From NCBI GenBank assembly GCA_036689305.1, contig CP144787.1, positions 7,667 through 71,666 on the forward strand: a stretch of 64,000 nt of DNA. The letters are read 5' to 3'. The notes below the pieces were generated by a model. The model did no database searches and was not told where the DNA came from. It saw nothing but the letters and a program-made list of their open reading frames with translations. The position numbers were made by a program, and so were the translations under genes. Below, one piece after another: positions 42,984 to 53,483 of the stretch; the stretch's first letter is position 1; every line of letters begins with the position of its first letter. Source of the DNA: Candidatus Stammera capleta (GTDB lineage Bacteria > Pseudomonadota > Gammaproteobacteria > Enterobacterales > Enterobacteriaceae).

Positions 42984-43709
42984 ATGGGACAAAAAGTTAA
43001 TCCTAATGTTATTCGTTTAGGTATAATAAAATTATGGAATTCTACTTGGTTTGCAAATAAAAAAAATTTTGCTGATGTTTTGAGAAATGATTTTGAAGTT
43101 CGTAAATTGTTATTTAGTAAATTGTCTAGGGCTTTAATTTCTAAAATAGTTATAGAGAGACCCGCTAAAAGTATTAAGGTAGTTATATATACAGCAAGAC
43201 CAGGTATAGTTATAGGTAAAAAGGGTGAAGATATAGAAAAAATTAAATTGATGGTTAATAAAATTACTAATGTGCCGGTACAAATAAGTGTCGCTGAAGT
43301 ATTAAGTCCTGAATTAGATGCTAAATTGGTGGCTGATAATATTGCATTGCAATTAGAAAGAAGAATAATGTATAGAAGAGTTATGAAAAGAGCTATTTCT
43401 AATGCTATACGTTTAGGTGCTAAAGGCATAAAGATAGAAGTTAACGGTAGGTTAAGTGGTATTGAGATAGCTAGAACGGAATGGTATAAGGAGGGCAGAG
43501 TTCCATTACATACTTTTAGAGCTGATATTGATTATAGTTCTTCTCAGGCTTTTACAACATATGGAGTAATAGGTGTTAAAGTATGGATTTTCAAGGGAGA
43601 AATATTAGATAAATTACATTTATTAAATTTATTTAATCCTAAAAATAATATTTTTACATTTAAAAAATTTTCTAGAAATAAAAGAAGATTTACAAAAATT
43701 AAAAATTAA
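42984..43709 (+). CDS. rpsC: 30S ribosomal protein S3
   Basis: [41 protein letters not shown] and [13 protein letters not shown] are canonical S3. Confidence 0.98.
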   Translation: MGQKVNPNVIRLGIIKLWNSTWFANKKNFADVLRNDFEVRKLLFSKLSRALISKIVIERPAKSIKVVIYTARPGIVIGKKGEDIEKIKLMVNKITNVPVQISVAEVLSPELDAKLVADNIALQLERRIMYRRVMKRAISNAIRLGAKGIKIEVNGRLSGIEIARTEWYKEGRVPLHTFRADIDYSSSQAFTTYGVIGVKVWIFKGEILDKLHLLNLFNPKNNIFTFKKFSRNKRRFTKIKN

Positions 43710-43731
43710 TTTATGATAATTAAAGGTTATT

Positions 43732-44154
43732 ATGTTACAACCTAAAAGAACTAAGTATAAAAAGATGCAAAAGGGGCGTAATAAAGGTAATTCTGGTGAT
43801 AATAAAATACGCTTTGGTTTATTTGCAATAAAAGCTATTACACGTGGTAATATTTCATCAAAACAAATTGAATCAGCTCGTAGAGTTATATCTAGATCTG
43901 TTAAAAGACAGTGTAGTATATGGATTAGAATTTTCCCTGATAAACCTATTACAAGAAAACCATTGGAAGTTCGTATGGGAAAGGGAAAAGGTAATGTAGA
44001 ATATTGGGTAGCTGTTATTAAACCAGGAAAAATATTATATGAAATTGATGGTGTAGATGAGGTTTTAGCTAGAAATGCTTTTAAACTAGCTGGAGCTAAA
44101 CTTTCTGTAAAAACTATATTTGTAAAAAAGGATTTTTCTTATGATGGATATTAA
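43732..44154 (+). CDS. rplP: 50S ribosomal protein L16
   Basis: [19 protein letters not shown] and [25 protein letters not shown] are canonical L16. Confidence 0.98.
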   Translation: MLQPKRTKYKKMQKGRNKGNSGDNKIRFGLFAIKAITRGNISSKQIESARRVISRSVKRQCSIWIRIFPDKPITRKPLEVRMGKGKGNVEYWVAVIKPGKILYEIDGVDEVLARNAFKLAGAKLSVKTIFVKKDFSYDGY

Positions 44155-44341
44155 TTTATTGAGAAATAAAAATATATACGATTTACGAATGAAATTATAT
44201 AGTATTTCTAAAGAATATTTGTATTTACGTATGAAATTAAAATCTAAAAAATTAAAAAAAACTCATTTGTTACGTTTGTATAGAAAAAAAATTGCTGTTA
44301 TAAAAACTGTAATTAATGAAAAGGTATTGCGTCATGAGTAA
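44141..44341 (+). CDS. rpmC: 50S ribosomal protein L29
   Basis: Supported by size (66 aa), position between rplP and rpsQ, and a coiled L29-like sequence. It overlaps rplP by 14 nt. Confidence 0.9.
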   Translation: MMDINLLRNKNIYDLRMKLYSISKEYLYLRMKLKSKKLKKTHLLRLYRKKIAVIKTVINEKVLRHE

Positions 44342-44588
44342 AAAATTTTTAAGAGGATATGTTGTAAGTAATAAAATGATTAAAACTATAGTTGTTTCAG
44401 TTACTAGATTAGTTAAACATAAAATTTATAATAAATTTTTAAAAAAAACAACAAAGGTACATGTTCATATAAATAAAAGTAATATATGTAATATTAACGA
44501 TTTAGTGGAAATTAAAGAATCAAAACCTTACTCTAAGACTAAATTTTGGGTTTTTACAAAAATAATCAAGAAATCAATATATAATTAG
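44334..44588 (+). CDS. rpsQ: 30S ribosomal protein S17
   Basis: The ATG at 44334 overlaps the end of rpmC by 8 nt and gives 84 aa, as in E. coli. LRGYVVSNKMIKTIVVSVTRLVKHKIYNKFLKKTTKVHVH parallels [40 protein letters not shown]. The track start at 44316 is an in-frame upstream ATG inside rpmC. Confidence 0.96.
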   Translation: MSKKFLRGYVVSNKMIKTIVVSVTRLVKHKIYNKFLKKTTKVHVHINKSNICNINDLVEIKESKPYSKTKFWVFTKIIKKSIYN

Positions 44589-44600
44589 CAAGAGGTTTTA

Positions 44601-44969
44601 ATGATACAAGAAAGAACTTTATTAAAAGTAGCAGATAATTCAGGGGCAAAATTTGTTATTTGTATCAAGGTTTTAGGTGGGTCTAAACGTAGATACGCAA
44701 ATATTGGGGATGTTATTAAAGTTGCTGTAAAAGAGGCTATACCTAGGAGTAAGGTAAAAAAGGGGGAGGTTTTAAAATCATTAATAGTACGTACTAGATT
44801 TGGTATTAGAAGAAATGATGGTTCTTTAGTTAGATTTGATAATAATTCATGTGTTTTATTAAATGATAATAATCATTTAATAGGTACTAGAATATTTGGA
44901 CCTATTACAAGGGAGTTGCGCGCAGGTAAATTTACAAAAATTATATCTTTAGCACCTGAAGTTTTATGA
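44601..44969 (+). CDS. rplN: 50S ribosomal protein L14
   Basis: [17 protein letters not shown]...[19 protein letters not shown] is canonical L14. Confidence 0.98.
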   Translation: MIQERTLLKVADNSGAKFVICIKVLGGSKRRYANIGDVIKVAVKEAIPRSKVKKGEVLKSLIVRTRFGIRRNDGSLVRFDNNSCVLLNDNNHLIGTRIFGPITRELRAGKFTKIISLAPEVL

Positions 44970-44993
44970 TATTTTTAAAATAGAGGTTTTAAA

Positions 44994-45308
44994 ATGTCTT
45001 TAAAGGTTAGAATGAATGATGTAGTAAAAGTTATATGTGGTAAAGAAAGAGGTAAAATAGGTAAAATTAAAAAAATTTTAACGAAAAAAAATAAAGTTGT
45101 TATTGAAGGTATTAATTATGTTGTAAAACATAAAAAATCCAGATTATATAAAATTAAAGGTTCTTTAATTAAAGTAGAGGCCCCTATTCATATATCTAAT
45201 ATTAGTTATTATTGTGTTAAGTTAAAAAAAGATTTTAAAATTGGTTTTATTTGTGAAAATAATCAAAAAAAACGTATTTTTAGAAAAAATAATTTATTTA
45301 TTAAATAA
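44994..45308 (+). CDS. rplX: 50S ribosomal protein L24
   Basis: The KOW motif region (DVVKVICGKERGKIGKIKKI) is present, and it lies between rplN and rplE. Confidence 0.94.
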   Translation: MSLKVRMNDVVKVICGKERGKIGKIKKILTKKNKVVIEGINYVVKHKKSRLYKIKGSLIKVEAPIHISNISYYCVKLKKDFKIGFICENNQKKRIFRKNNLFIK

Positions 45309-45326
45309 ATTAATATTAATTATTTT

Positions 45327-45863
45327 ATGAATATTTTAAATATATATAAAAAGGTTATTACTCCTAAATTGATAAATTTTTTTAAGTATGATAATGTCAT
45401 GAAAGTACCTAAAATAATCAAGATTGTTATTAATATTGGTATTGGGTGGAGTATATGTAATAAAAAAAATTTAGATCATATTTTATTAAATTTAAAATCA
45501 ATATCAGGGCAAAAACCATTAGTTACTAAAGCACGTAAATCTATTGCTAATTTTAAAATTCGTCAAGGTTTTCCTATAGGATGCAAGGTAACTTTACGTA
45601 AAAATTTAATGTGGTTTTTTTTGGAAAAATTAATATATGTAGTTATACCTAGAATAAGGGATTTTAGGGGTTTTTCAAAAAAATCTTTTGATAATAGTGC
45701 TAATTTAAATATAGGTATAAAAGAACACACAATATTTCCTGAGATAAATTATGAAAAAAATAGTGTATTACATGGATTAGATATATCTATAGTTACTTCA
45801 ACTTTTAAAATAGAAGAATCTTTAGCATTATTAACTTTTCTTTCTTTTCCTTTTAAAAATTAG
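45327..45863 (+). CDS. rplE: 50S ribosomal protein L5
   Basis: YDNVMKVPKIIKIVINIGIG and RDFRG are L5 motifs. It is in the spc operon order. Confidence 0.96.
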   Translation: MNILNIYKKVITPKLINFFKYDNVMKVPKIIKIVINIGIGWSICNKKNLDHILLNLKSISGQKPLVTKARKSIANFKIRQGFPIGCKVTLRKNLMWFFLEKLIYVVIPRIRDFRGFSKKSFDNSANLNIGIKEHTIFPEINYEKNSVLHGLDISIVTSTFKIEESLALLTFLSFPFKN

Positions 45864-45872
45864 GGTTTATTT

Positions 45873-46178
45873 ATGGCTAAAAAATCTATTATAGTTCGTG
45901 AAAAAAAAAGAATTTCTTTAATAAAAAAATTTTATTCAAGAAGAATGGTTTTAAAAAAAATAATTTCTAGTAAAATATGTTCTGAAAATAAAAAATGGAA
46001 AGCTATTATTAGTTTACAAAATTTACCTCGTAATTCTAGTATATGTCGTCATAGAAATAGATGTAATTATACTGGTAGATCTAGAGGTTACTTACGTAAA
46101 TTTGGTTTAAGTAGAATAAAATTTAGAGAATTTGCTGTAAGAGGGGATATACCAGGTTTAAGAAAATCAAGTTGGTAG
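45873..46178 (+). CDS. rpsN: 30S ribosomal protein S14
   Basis: The [14 protein letters not shown]-terminus and the C-terminal [24 protein letters not shown]...[10 protein letters not shown] are canonical S14. Confidence 0.97.
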   Translation: MAKKSIIVREKKRISLIKKFYSRRMVLKKIISSKICSENKKWKAIISLQNLPRNSSICRHRNRCNYTGRSRGYLRKFGLSRIKFREFAVRGDIPGLRKSSW

Positions 46179-46207
46179 TATAATATTTATTTTGAGTTAT
46201 TATAATT

Positions 46208-46606
46208 ATGAGCATGCAAGATCCTATAGGAGATATGATTGTTTGTATAAAAAATTCGCAGTTATCAAAGAAATTATTTTTGTATACTGATTATTCTAAT
46301 TTTAAAAAGTGTATTTTAAGAGTTTTATGGAAAGAGGGGTATATTGCTAAATATGAAATTATTAGTATTTCTAATAATAAAAAAAATATTTTAATATATT
46401 TAAAATATTTTAAAGGTTTACCTGTTATTTCAGAGATTGTTCGAGTTAGTAAACCTAGTTTACGTATTTATAAATCTTGTAAGGATATACCTTTTGTGAT
46501 ATCTGGTTTTGGTATTATTATAGTTTCCACATCTAGTGGAGTTATGTCAGATAAAAAAGCTCGAAAAGATAATTTAGGGGGGGAAATTATTTGTTACGTA
46601 AAATAA
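46208..46606 (+). CDS. rpsH: 30S ribosomal protein S8
   Basis: MSMQDPIGDMIVCIKNSQ parallels E. coli MSMQDPIADMLTRIRNGQ, and the C-terminal GGEIICYV is present. Confidence 0.97.
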   Translation: MSMQDPIGDMIVCIKNSQLSKKLFLYTDYSNFKKCILRVLWKEGYIAKYEIISISNNKKNILIYLKYFKGLPVISEIVRVSKPSLRIYKSCKDIPFVISGFGIIIVSTSSGVMSDKKARKDNLGGEIICYVK

Positions 46607-46618
46607 TGGTAATTTTAT

Positions 46619-47167
46619 ATGTCACGTATTGCTAAAAAACCTATTATTATACCGAAAGATATTTCGGTTATGTTAGAAAGTAAAAATAAATTTATTTTTG
46701 TTAAAGGTAATATTAGAGTTACGAGAAAATTTAATAAAAATTTATTATTTAATATAATAAAGAATAAAATATCAGTAAATGTTATATCAAATACAAAAAA
46801 AAATTGGTCTTACGCTGGAACAACAAGATCTTTATTAAATAATATAATTTTAGGTATTAAATATGGATTTGAAAAGAAATTAGTTCTTATTGGGGTAGGT
46901 TATAAGGCGTTAGTAAAAGAAAATATTTTATTTTTGGATTTAGGTTTTTCGCATACTATACGTTATATAATTCCTAATGGTATTATTATTAATTGTGTAT
47001 CTCAAACAGAAATTTTAGTTAAAGGTTATGATAAAGAGTTAGTGGGGCAAGTATCTGCGTATATTAGGTCTTACAAAAAACCCGAGCCTTATAAGAAAGG
47101 AAAGGGAATTCGTTATTTTAATGAATATGTTCGCATTAAGGAGAGTAAAAAAAAATTAAGTAAATAA
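46619..47167 (+). CDS. rplF: 50S ribosomal protein L6
   Basis: The MSRIAKKPIIIP N-terminus and the LVLIGVGYKA and PEPYKGKGIRY-like motifs are present. Confidence 0.96.
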   Translation: MSRIAKKPIIIPKDISVMLESKNKFIFVKGNIRVTRKFNKNLLFNIIKNKISVNVISNTKKNWSYAGTTRSLLNNIILGIKYGFEKKLVLIGVGYKALVKENILFLDLGFSHTIRYIIPNGIIINCVSQTEILVKGYDKELVGQVSAYIRSYKKPEPYKKGKGIRYFNEYVRIKESKKKLSK

Positions 47168-47191
47168 TAATAAAATAGTAATTTTAATAGC

Positions 47192-47542
47192 ATGATTAAT
47201 AAAAAAGAAAGGCGCTTACGTCGATTTAAAAAGTTTCGTTTTTTATTGAATTTAAAAGATAAAAAACGTTTAGTGGTCTATAAAACTTCTAGGCATATTT
47301 ATGCTCAAGTTGTTTTTCGTAATAAGTGTATTGTTTCGTGTTCTACATTAGAAAAAAAAATAAAATCAAAAATTAAAAGTACTAGTAATAAATATGCCGC
47401 TAAAATTGTCGGTAAAAATATAGCTAAAAGATCTTTTAAAAAAAAAATACATCATGTAGTATTTGATAGATCGGGTTTTAAATATCATGGTCGTGTAAAA
47501 ATATTAGCCGATTATGCTCGTAAATATGGTTTATTATTTTAA
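47192..47542 (+). CDS. rplR: 50S ribosomal protein L18
   Basis: RLVVYKTSRHIYAQV and FDRSGFKYHGRVKILADYARKYGL are canonical L18. Confidence 0.96.
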   Translation: MINKKERRLRRFKKFRFLLNLKDKKRLVVYKTSRHIYAQVVFRNKCIVSCSTLEKKIKSKIKSTSNKYAAKIVGKNIAKRSFKKKIHHVVFDRSGFKYHGRVKILADYARKYGLLF

Positions 47543-47556
47543 ATTAATATATTTTT

Positions 47557-48063
47557 ATGAATATTATAGAAAATTTAAAATCAAATATTGATTTATTTGA
47601 AAAATTAGTTTTTGTTAATAGAGTTTCTAAAACTGTTAAGGGTGGTAGAGTTTTTTCTTTTACTGTATTAACAGTAGTTGGTAATAAAAAAGGTAAGGTG
47701 GGATTTGGGTATGGAAAGGCAAGAGAGGTGCCTGTTGCAATACAAAAATCTTTAGAGAAAGCTCGTCGTAATATGATTACAATTTTATTAAATAATAGAG
47801 GTACTATAATTTATCCAGTAAAAGGAAAATATACCAGTTCTATAGTTTATATTAAGCCAGCTTTTGAGGGTACAGGAATAATAGCAGGTAATTCCATGAG
47901 ATCTATCTTTGAAGTTGCAGGGGTTAAAGATATTTTAGCTAAATCTTATGGTTCTACAAATCCTATAAATGTAGTTAAAGCTACTATATATACTTTATCT
48001 TTAATGGAATCACCTTCATATATTGCCTATAAAAGAGGTAAGTTAATTAAAGATATTAATTAA
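47557..48063 (+). CDS. rpsE: 30S ribosomal protein S5
   Basis: [46 protein letters not shown] is canonical S5. Confidence 0.97.
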   Translation: MNIIENLKSNIDLFEKLVFVNRVSKTVKGGRVFSFTVLTVVGNKKGKVGFGYGKAREVPVAIQKSLEKARRNMITILLNNRGTIIYPVKGKYTSSIVYIKPAFEGTGIIAGNSMRSIFEVAGVKDILAKSYGSTNPINVVKATIYTLSLMESPSYIAYKRGKLIKDIN

Positions 48064-48205
48064 TAATTATTTAATTTTTATTTTTAAAAATATTAGATTA
48101 TTTTTTTTGTTATTTAAATATATAATTTAGGATTAAATTTTATTTTATATTTATATATATCTTAAGTAAAATATTTTAAAAATTTATAAATTTTATGGTT
48201 TAAAA

Positions 48206-48655
48206 ATGATATTACTTAATAATTTATTTAATGCTTCTGGTTCTAAGTTTTTAAAAAAACGATTAGGCAGGGGTATTGGTTCAGGTTTAGGAAAAACTTG
48301 CGGAAGAGGTCATAAAGGTCAAAAATCTAGAACAGGAAATAAAATACATCGAGCTTTTGAGGGTGGGCAAACACCTTTATATAAAAGAATACCTAAGTTT
48401 GGATTTAAAAGGAGTAAATATATTAAAAAATATGTTGTAGAACTACCCGTGGGTATTTTAAATAAATTTAAAAAATCATCTAAAATAGATATTTCTTTGT
48501 TAAAAGAAAAAAAAATTGTTCCTTTAAAAACTAAATTAGTTAGGATAATACTTTCCGGAAAGTTAAATAAATTCGTTAATATTTGTGATAAAAATATACA
48601 TGTTTCTATGGGTGTTAAAAAAAAAATACAATCTTTAAATAATATTGAAAATTAA
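48206..48655 (+). CDS. rplO: 50S ribosomal protein L15
   Basis: [31 protein letters not shown] parallels E. coli [31 protein letters not shown]. Confidence 0.97.
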   Translation: MILLNNLFNASGSKFLKKRLGRGIGSGLGKTCGRGHKGQKSRTGNKIHRAFEGGQTPLYKRIPKFGFKRSKYIKKYVVELPVGILNKFKKSSKIDISLLKEKKIVPLKTKLVRIILSGKLNKFVNICDKNIHVSMGVKKKIQSLNNIEN

Positions 48656-48659
48656 TTTA

Positions 48660-49979
48660 ATGAATATTAAAGAAGTTATTTTCTTTTTTGGAAATGATTT
48701 TAAAAAAATAAAAAATAGAATAATTTTTACTTTTTTGTCAATTTTTATATTTAGAATTGGCAGTTTTATTCCTATACCTGGAATCAATATTAACTTACTT
48801 TCTAATATATTAGAGCATAAAAATAATGTTTTTTTTGATATATTTAATATATTTTCTGGTGGTTCTTTATTACATGTATCTGTATTGATGTTAGGTATAA
48901 TGCCTTATATTTCTGCATCTATTGTAATGCAGTTATTAACTTTTACATGTAATTATTTTACACAATTAAATAAAGAGGGTGAGTATGGTAAAAGTATAAT
49001 TAATATATATACTAGAATTTTAACATTGTTACTATCTATAATACAAGCTGTAATGATAGTATTAACTTTCGAGAAATTTAATTATTTTGAAAATATAATT
49101 TATCATACAAATAGTTTATTTTATTGTATTTTTGTTTTAAGTTTAGTAGTAGGTACTATGTTATTAATGTGGTTGGGAGAGAAAATTTCTGAATATGGTA
49201 TAGGTAATGGAGTGTCTTTAATTATATTTACCGGTATATTATCAAGTATTCCTAAAAATATATATTTTTTTTTAAAAGATATTAAGTTTACTAAGTTAGT
49301 TTTTTTGAATTTTTTATTATTGTCTTTTTTATTATTAGTTGTAGTTTTTTTTATTGTTTTTATAGAAAAAGCTAAAAGAAAAATATTAGTTCAATATGGT
49401 ACTAAAAGGGAAAATAATAAAAATTATATTTTTAATTTAGAAAAAAATATTTATTTGCCTATTAAAATAAATATTTCCGGAATTATACCATCTATATTTG
49501 CCTCTACTATCATAATACTTCCTTTATTTTTATTTTTATGGTTGAATATTTTTTTTAAAAAGAAAATTTTTTTTATATTGAGTAATTATTTTTATTATGA
49601 TCATTATTTGTATTTATTTTTATTTTTTATTTTAGTTATTTTTTTTTGTTTTTTTTATACTTTTTTAGTTTTTAATCCCCATAATATCACTATGGACTTT
49701 CAAAAATCTGGTATTTATATTATAGGTGTAAGACCAGGTAATAAAACTAGGTTATATATAAATAATATTGTTTTTAGATTAACATTATTTAATTCTATAT
49801 ATATATGTATTGTATGTTTAATACCTAATTTATTTTATGAATTGATAGGTTTTTCATTTTATTTTAGTGGTACTTCTTTATTAATAGTTGTTGTTGTGAC
49901 AATAGAAATTATTACTCAGATTAAATCTTTAATAATGTTTAACAAATATTTATTATTATTTAAAAAATACAATATATAA
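48660..49979 (+). CDS. secY: Protein translocase subunit SecY
   Basis: FRIGSFIPIPGIN and LGIMPYISASIVMQLL are canonical SecY. It is a multi-TM protein following rplO. I prefer the ATG at 48660. The track start at 48645 is a TTG overlapping the rplO stop. Confidence 0.95.
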   Translation: MNIKEVIFFFGNDFKKIKNRIIFTFLSIFIFRIGSFIPIPGININLLSNILEHKNNVFFDIFNIFSGGSLLHVSVLMLGIMPYISASIVMQLLTFTCNYFTQLNKEGEYGKSIINIYTRILTLLLSIIQAVMIVLTFEKFNYFENIIYHTNSLFYCIFVLSLVVGTMLLMWLGEKISEYGIGNGVSLIIFTGILSSIPKNIYFFLKDIKFTKLVFLNFLLLSFLLLVVVFFIVFIEKAKRKILVQYGTKRENNKNYIFNLEKNIYLPIKINISGIIPSIFASTIIILPLFLFLWLNIFFKKKIFFILSNYFYYDHYLYLFLFFILVIFFCFFYTFLVFNPHNITMDFQKSGIYIIGVRPGNKTRLYINNIVFRLTLFNSIYICIVCLIPNLFYELIGFSFYFSGTSLLIVVVVTIEIITQIKSLIMFNKYLLLFKKYNI

Positions 49980-50014
49980 TTTTAATATTTTAAATTAATT
50001 GGAGATAGTTTATT

Positions 50015-50131
50015 ATGAAAGTACGTGCTTCTGTAAAAAAAATATGCCGTTATTGTAGAGTTATAAAGCGAAAAAAAGTTATACGTATTATTTGTTCTGT
50101 AGATCCTAAACATAAACAACGTCAAGGATGA
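50015..50131 (+). CDS. rpmJ: 50S ribosomal protein L36
   Basis: Not in the supplied ORF track because it is too short. The ATG at 50015 is preceded by GGAG at 50001-50004. The translation [38 protein letters not shown]-stop (38 aa) is canonical L36, located between secY and rpsM. Confidence 0.95.
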   Translation: MKVRASVKKICRYCRVIKRKKVIRIICSVDPKHKQRQG

Positions 50132-50169
50132 TTAAATTTTTAATTATATTTTTTCAAGGAGGTGTTAAG

Positions 50170-50517
50170 GTGGTTAGAATAGCTGGAGTAAATATTCCTG
50201 ATAATAAATGTATTTTTATTTCTTTATCTTATATATATGGAATAGGTATTTTTAGGTCTAAATTGATTTGTGATTTAAGTAAAGTTAATTATTATGTGAA
50301 AGTTAAAAAATTAAGTATAAATCAATTAGAATTAATTAGAATTAATACATCAAAATTTTTAACAGAAGGTAATCTTAGGAGGGAAAATATGTTAAATATT
50401 AAAAGATTAATAGATTTGAATTGTTATAGAGGTTCGAGACATAAAAAGAAATTACCTGTTAGAGGGCAAAGAACTAAAACTAATGCTAAAACTTCTAAAA
50501 AATTACGTAAATTTTAA
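50170..50517 (+). CDS. rpsM: 30S ribosomal protein S13
   Basis: The GTG at 50170 lies 8 nt after AGGAGG (50156-50161) and gives (M)[12 protein letters not shown], parallel to E. coli MARIAGINIPDHK. The track start at 50128 overlaps rpmJ and adds a non-homologous extension. Confidence 0.95.
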   Translation: MVRIAGVNIPDNKCIFISLSYIYGIGIFRSKLICDLSKVNYYVKVKKLSINQLELIRINTSKFLTEGNLRRENMLNIKRLIDLNCYRGSRHKKKLPVRGQRTKTNAKTSKKLRKF

Positions 50518-50541
50518 TTTATATTTTAAAAATAAAATTAT

Positions 50542-50931
50542 ATGTTAAAAAAAAATAGAAATAAAATTAAAAAAAAAAAAAGAAAAGTTATTGATGGCAT
50601 TGCATATATATATGCATCTTTTAATAATACTATTATTAGTATAACTGATATTCAAGGTAATGTTTTAAGTTGGGCTACTTCTGGTGGTTCGGGTTTTAGA
50701 GGTTCCCGCAAGTCAACTCCTTTTGCTGCACAAGTAGCTACTGAAAAATGTGTTAATTTAGTCAAAAATTATGGTGTTAAAAATTTAAAGGTAATGGTTA
50801 ACGGACCTGGGCCTGGTAGGGAATCTAGTATAAGAGCATTAAATACTGCTGGTTTTAATATTACAGATATTAGTGATGTTACACCTATACCTCATAATGG
50901 TTGTAGGCCGCCTAAAAAAAGAAGAGTTTAA
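50542..50931 (+). CDS. rpsK: 30S ribosomal protein S11
   Basis: [44 protein letters not shown] and [15 protein letters not shown] are canonical S11. Confidence 0.98.
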   Translation: MLKKNRNKIKKKKRKVIDGIAYIYASFNNTIISITDIQGNVLSWATSGGSGFRGSRKSTPFAAQVATEKCVNLVKNYGVKNLKVMVNGPGPGRESSIRALNTAGFNITDISDVTPIPHNGCRPPKKRRV

Positions 50932-50960
50932 GTTAATAATAAATAGATTTCGAGGATTAA

Positions 50961-51581
50961 ATGGCTAAATATTTAGGTTCTAAATTAAAATTAAGTCGCA
51001 GAGAGAAAACTGATCTTTTTTTAAAATCTAATATTCGTAATATTGATACGAAATGTAAAATTAATAGATTACCTGGGCAACATGGTTATAAAAAACATAG
51101 ATTATCTGATTATGGATTACAATTAAGAGAAAAACAAAAAGTAAAGCGTATGTATTGTATTTTAGAAAAACAGTTTTTTAATTATTATAAAAAAGCTGTT
51201 TGTTTAAGGGGAAATACAGGGGAAATATTATTACAATTGTTAGAAAGTAGATTAGATAATATTATTTATAGAATAGGTTTTAGTCTTACTCGTTTAGATG
51301 CTAGACAATTAATTAATCATAAATTAATTATGGTTAATAATAACATTGTTAATATTTCTTCTTTTTTATTATCACCTAATGATAAGATACAAATTTGTTC
51401 TAAAGCTAGAAATTATGATCGCATTAAATGTTCAATAGAATATTCTAAACAACGTGAATCTGTAAATTGGTTAAAAGTAGATTATAAAGATATGAGTGGT
51501 TTGTTAAAGTATTTACCAAAACGTTCAGAATTTTCACAAGATATTAATGAACATCTTATTTTAGAATTTTATTCTAAATAA
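50961..51581 (+). CDS. rpsD: 30S ribosomal protein S4
   Basis: [38 protein letters not shown] and [14 protein letters not shown] are canonical S4. Confidence 0.98.
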   Translation: MAKYLGSKLKLSRREKTDLFLKSNIRNIDTKCKINRLPGQHGYKKHRLSDYGLQLREKQKVKRMYCILEKQFFNYYKKAVCLRGNTGEILLQLLESRLDNIIYRIGFSLTRLDARQLINHKLIMVNNNIVNISSFLLSPNDKIQICSKARNYDRIKCSIEYSKQRESVNWLKVDYKDMSGLLKYLPKRSEFSQDINEHLILEFYSK

Positions 51582-51614
51582 ATATTATTGTATGTTTTAT
51601 TTAAGGAGAGGTTT

Positions 51615-52610
51615 ATGTTGAATTTTGTATTACCTAAATTAACAAAAATTAAATGCATATCTAATACCAGATCTTTAATAGTATTAAAACCTTTAGAAAG
51701 GGGTTTCGGTTATACTATAGGTAATGCTTTAAGGAGAATTTTATTATCTTCTATATCTGGGTATGCTGTTACCGAGGTGGAAATTGAGGGTGTGCAGCAT
51801 GAGTATAGTGTTAAGGAGGGTTTGTTAGAGGATATTATAGAGGTAATTTTAAATTTAAAAAAGTTATATATAAAACTCAAGGATAACAAAAATGAAGAAA
51901 TATTTACTTTATATAAAAAAGGTATAGGTCCTGTTTTAGCTTCTGATTTTATCAGTCAATCTGATTTTAAAATAATTAATCCTAATCATGTTATTTGTAA
52001 TTTAGTAGATAAGAAAGCTTTTATTAATATGAAGATTAAAGTTGAATTAGGTAGAGGTTATGTTACAGCTTTATCAAGAATTAATAGTATTAAGAGAAAT
52101 AATAATTTATTACCTGTAGGTAAAATATTTTTAGATTCTATGTTCAATCCTGTGAAGTGTATTTCTTATAAAGTTAAATCTACTCGTATAAAACAGAGAA
52201 CTGATTTGGATAAGTTAATTATGGAAATTAAAACTAATGGTTTATTAAATGCTAAAAAGGCTTTATATAAAGCGGTATCTATTTTAGTTGGACAATTAAA
52301 TTCTTTTGTTGATGTACAAGATGTAGAAGAATTTAAAAAAATTAAAAAAGATGTTAAACCTAATTTAAATCCTGTTTTATTATGTTCTGTAGATGATTTA
52401 GAATTAACAGTTAGATCAGCGAATTGTTTAAAGGCTGAAGCAATACAATATATTGGTGATTTAGTACAAAAAACTGAAATTGAATTATTAAAAACACCTA
52501 ATTTAGGTAAAAAGTCTTTAACAGAAATAAAGGATATTTTAGCATCTAAAGGATTAACTTTAGGGATGAAATTAAATGATTGGCCTCCTGTAGATTTAGT
52601 AAAAGATTAA
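51615..52610 (+). CDS. rpoA: DNA-directed RNA polymerase subunit alpha
   Basis: The ATG at 51615 follows [32 protein letters not shown] is near-identical to E. coli. The C-terminal domain is present ([23 protein letters not shown]). The result is 331 aa versus 329 in E. coli. The track start at 51588 is an upstream TTG. Confidence 0.97.
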   Translation: MLNFVLPKLTKIKCISNTRSLIVLKPLERGFGYTIGNALRRILLSSISGYAVTEVEIEGVQHEYSVKEGLLEDIIEVILNLKKLYIKLKDNKNEEIFTLYKKGIGPVLASDFISQSDFKIINPNHVICNLVDKKAFINMKIKVELGRGYVTALSRINSIKRNNNLLPVGKIFLDSMFNPVKCISYKVKSTRIKQRTDLDKLIMEIKTNGLLNAKKALYKAVSILVGQLNSFVDVQDVEEFKKIKKDVKPNLNPVLLCSVDDLELTVRSANCLKAEAIQYIGDLVQKTEIELLKTPNLGKKSLTEIKDILASKGLTLGMKLNDWPPVDLVKD

Positions 52611-52651
52611 TTTAAATTAAATTGAGAATAATTTATTAAATGAGGTAAATT

Positions 52652-53014
52652 ATGCGTTATGGTAGGTTTTACCGTAAATTAAATCGTAGTAGTAGTCATA
52701 GGTTATCTATGTTTAAAAATATGTTAAATTCTATTATAAAATATGAAATTATAAGGACAACTTTTCCTAAAGCTAAAGAATTAAGTAGATATTTAGATTC
52801 TATTATAAATTTATCTAAAGTTAATAATTTAAATAATAAGAGGTTAATATTTTCTTATATTAGAAATAGAGAAAATTTACTAAAGTTGTTTAGCGATATT
52901 GGTCCTAGATTTATTACTTGTAGTGGTGGTTATACAAGAGTTATAAGATGTGGTTTCCGTAAGGGTGATAATGCTTTAATGGCTTATATACAAATTTTAA
53001 GTAAAAATAAATAA
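52652..53014 (+). CDS. rplQ: 50S ribosomal protein L17
   Basis: MRYGRFYRKLNRSSSHRLSMFKNM parallels E. coli [24 protein letters not shown]. It is the last gene of the alpha operon. Confidence 0.97.
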   Translation: MRYGRFYRKLNRSSSHRLSMFKNMLNSIIKYEIIRTTFPKAKELSRYLDSIINLSKVNNLNNKRLIFSYIRNRENLLKLFSDIGPRFITCSGGYTRVIRCGFRKGDNALMAYIQILSKNK

Positions 53015-53030
53015 TATTTTTATTTTATAA

Positions 53031-53483
53031 ATGTTTAAAAAAAGTGAAATTTTTTGGATGCGTTATTGTTTGTTTTTGTCTGAAAAATCCAAGTTATTAA
53101 ATGAAGTTCCCGTTGGTTCAGTTATTATTTTAAATAATTATTTAATTTCTGAAGGTTGGAATCAATATATTACAAAATATGATGTTACTTCACACGCAGA
53201 AATTATTGCTATTAGAAAAGCAAGTTTTTTAATTAAGGATTATCGTTTGGTAAATTGTTCTTTATATGTAACATTAGAGCCTTGTTTAATGTGTTTTGGT
53301 GCTATTTTGAATAGTAGAATAACTAATTTATATTATGGAGCTAAAAATAAAAATTTCTCTACATTATCCTTTTTAAGGGATAATTTTAAAAAAAAAGTAA
53401 AATTAAATATATATCCTTCTTTATTAGAAAAAGAATGTTCTAAAAAATTAAAGGATTTTTTTGTTATTGCTAGATTTAAATAA
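53031..53483 (+). CDS. tadA: tRNA-specific adenosine deaminase
   Basis: The CDA zinc motifs HAEIIAIRKA and LEPCLMCFGAI are present. Size (150 aa) and N-terminal FWMRYCLFLSEKS parallel TadA. Confidence 0.88.
   Translation: MFKKSEIFWMRYCLFLSEKSKLLNEVPVGSVIILNNYLISEGWNQYITKYDVTSHAEIIAIRKASFLIKDYRLVNCSLYVTLEPCLMCFGAILNSRITNLYYGAKNKNFSTLSFLRDNFKKKVKLNIYPSLLEKECSKKLKDFFVIARFK

Noticed and set aside
41446-43429. ORF 41446-41631 (-) over the rplB start and the 164-aa ORF 42935-43429 (-) antisense to rpsC.
   Set aside because: They are antisense to canonical ribosomal protein genes. Long antisense ORFs are expected where the sense codons are G/C-containing and conserved.
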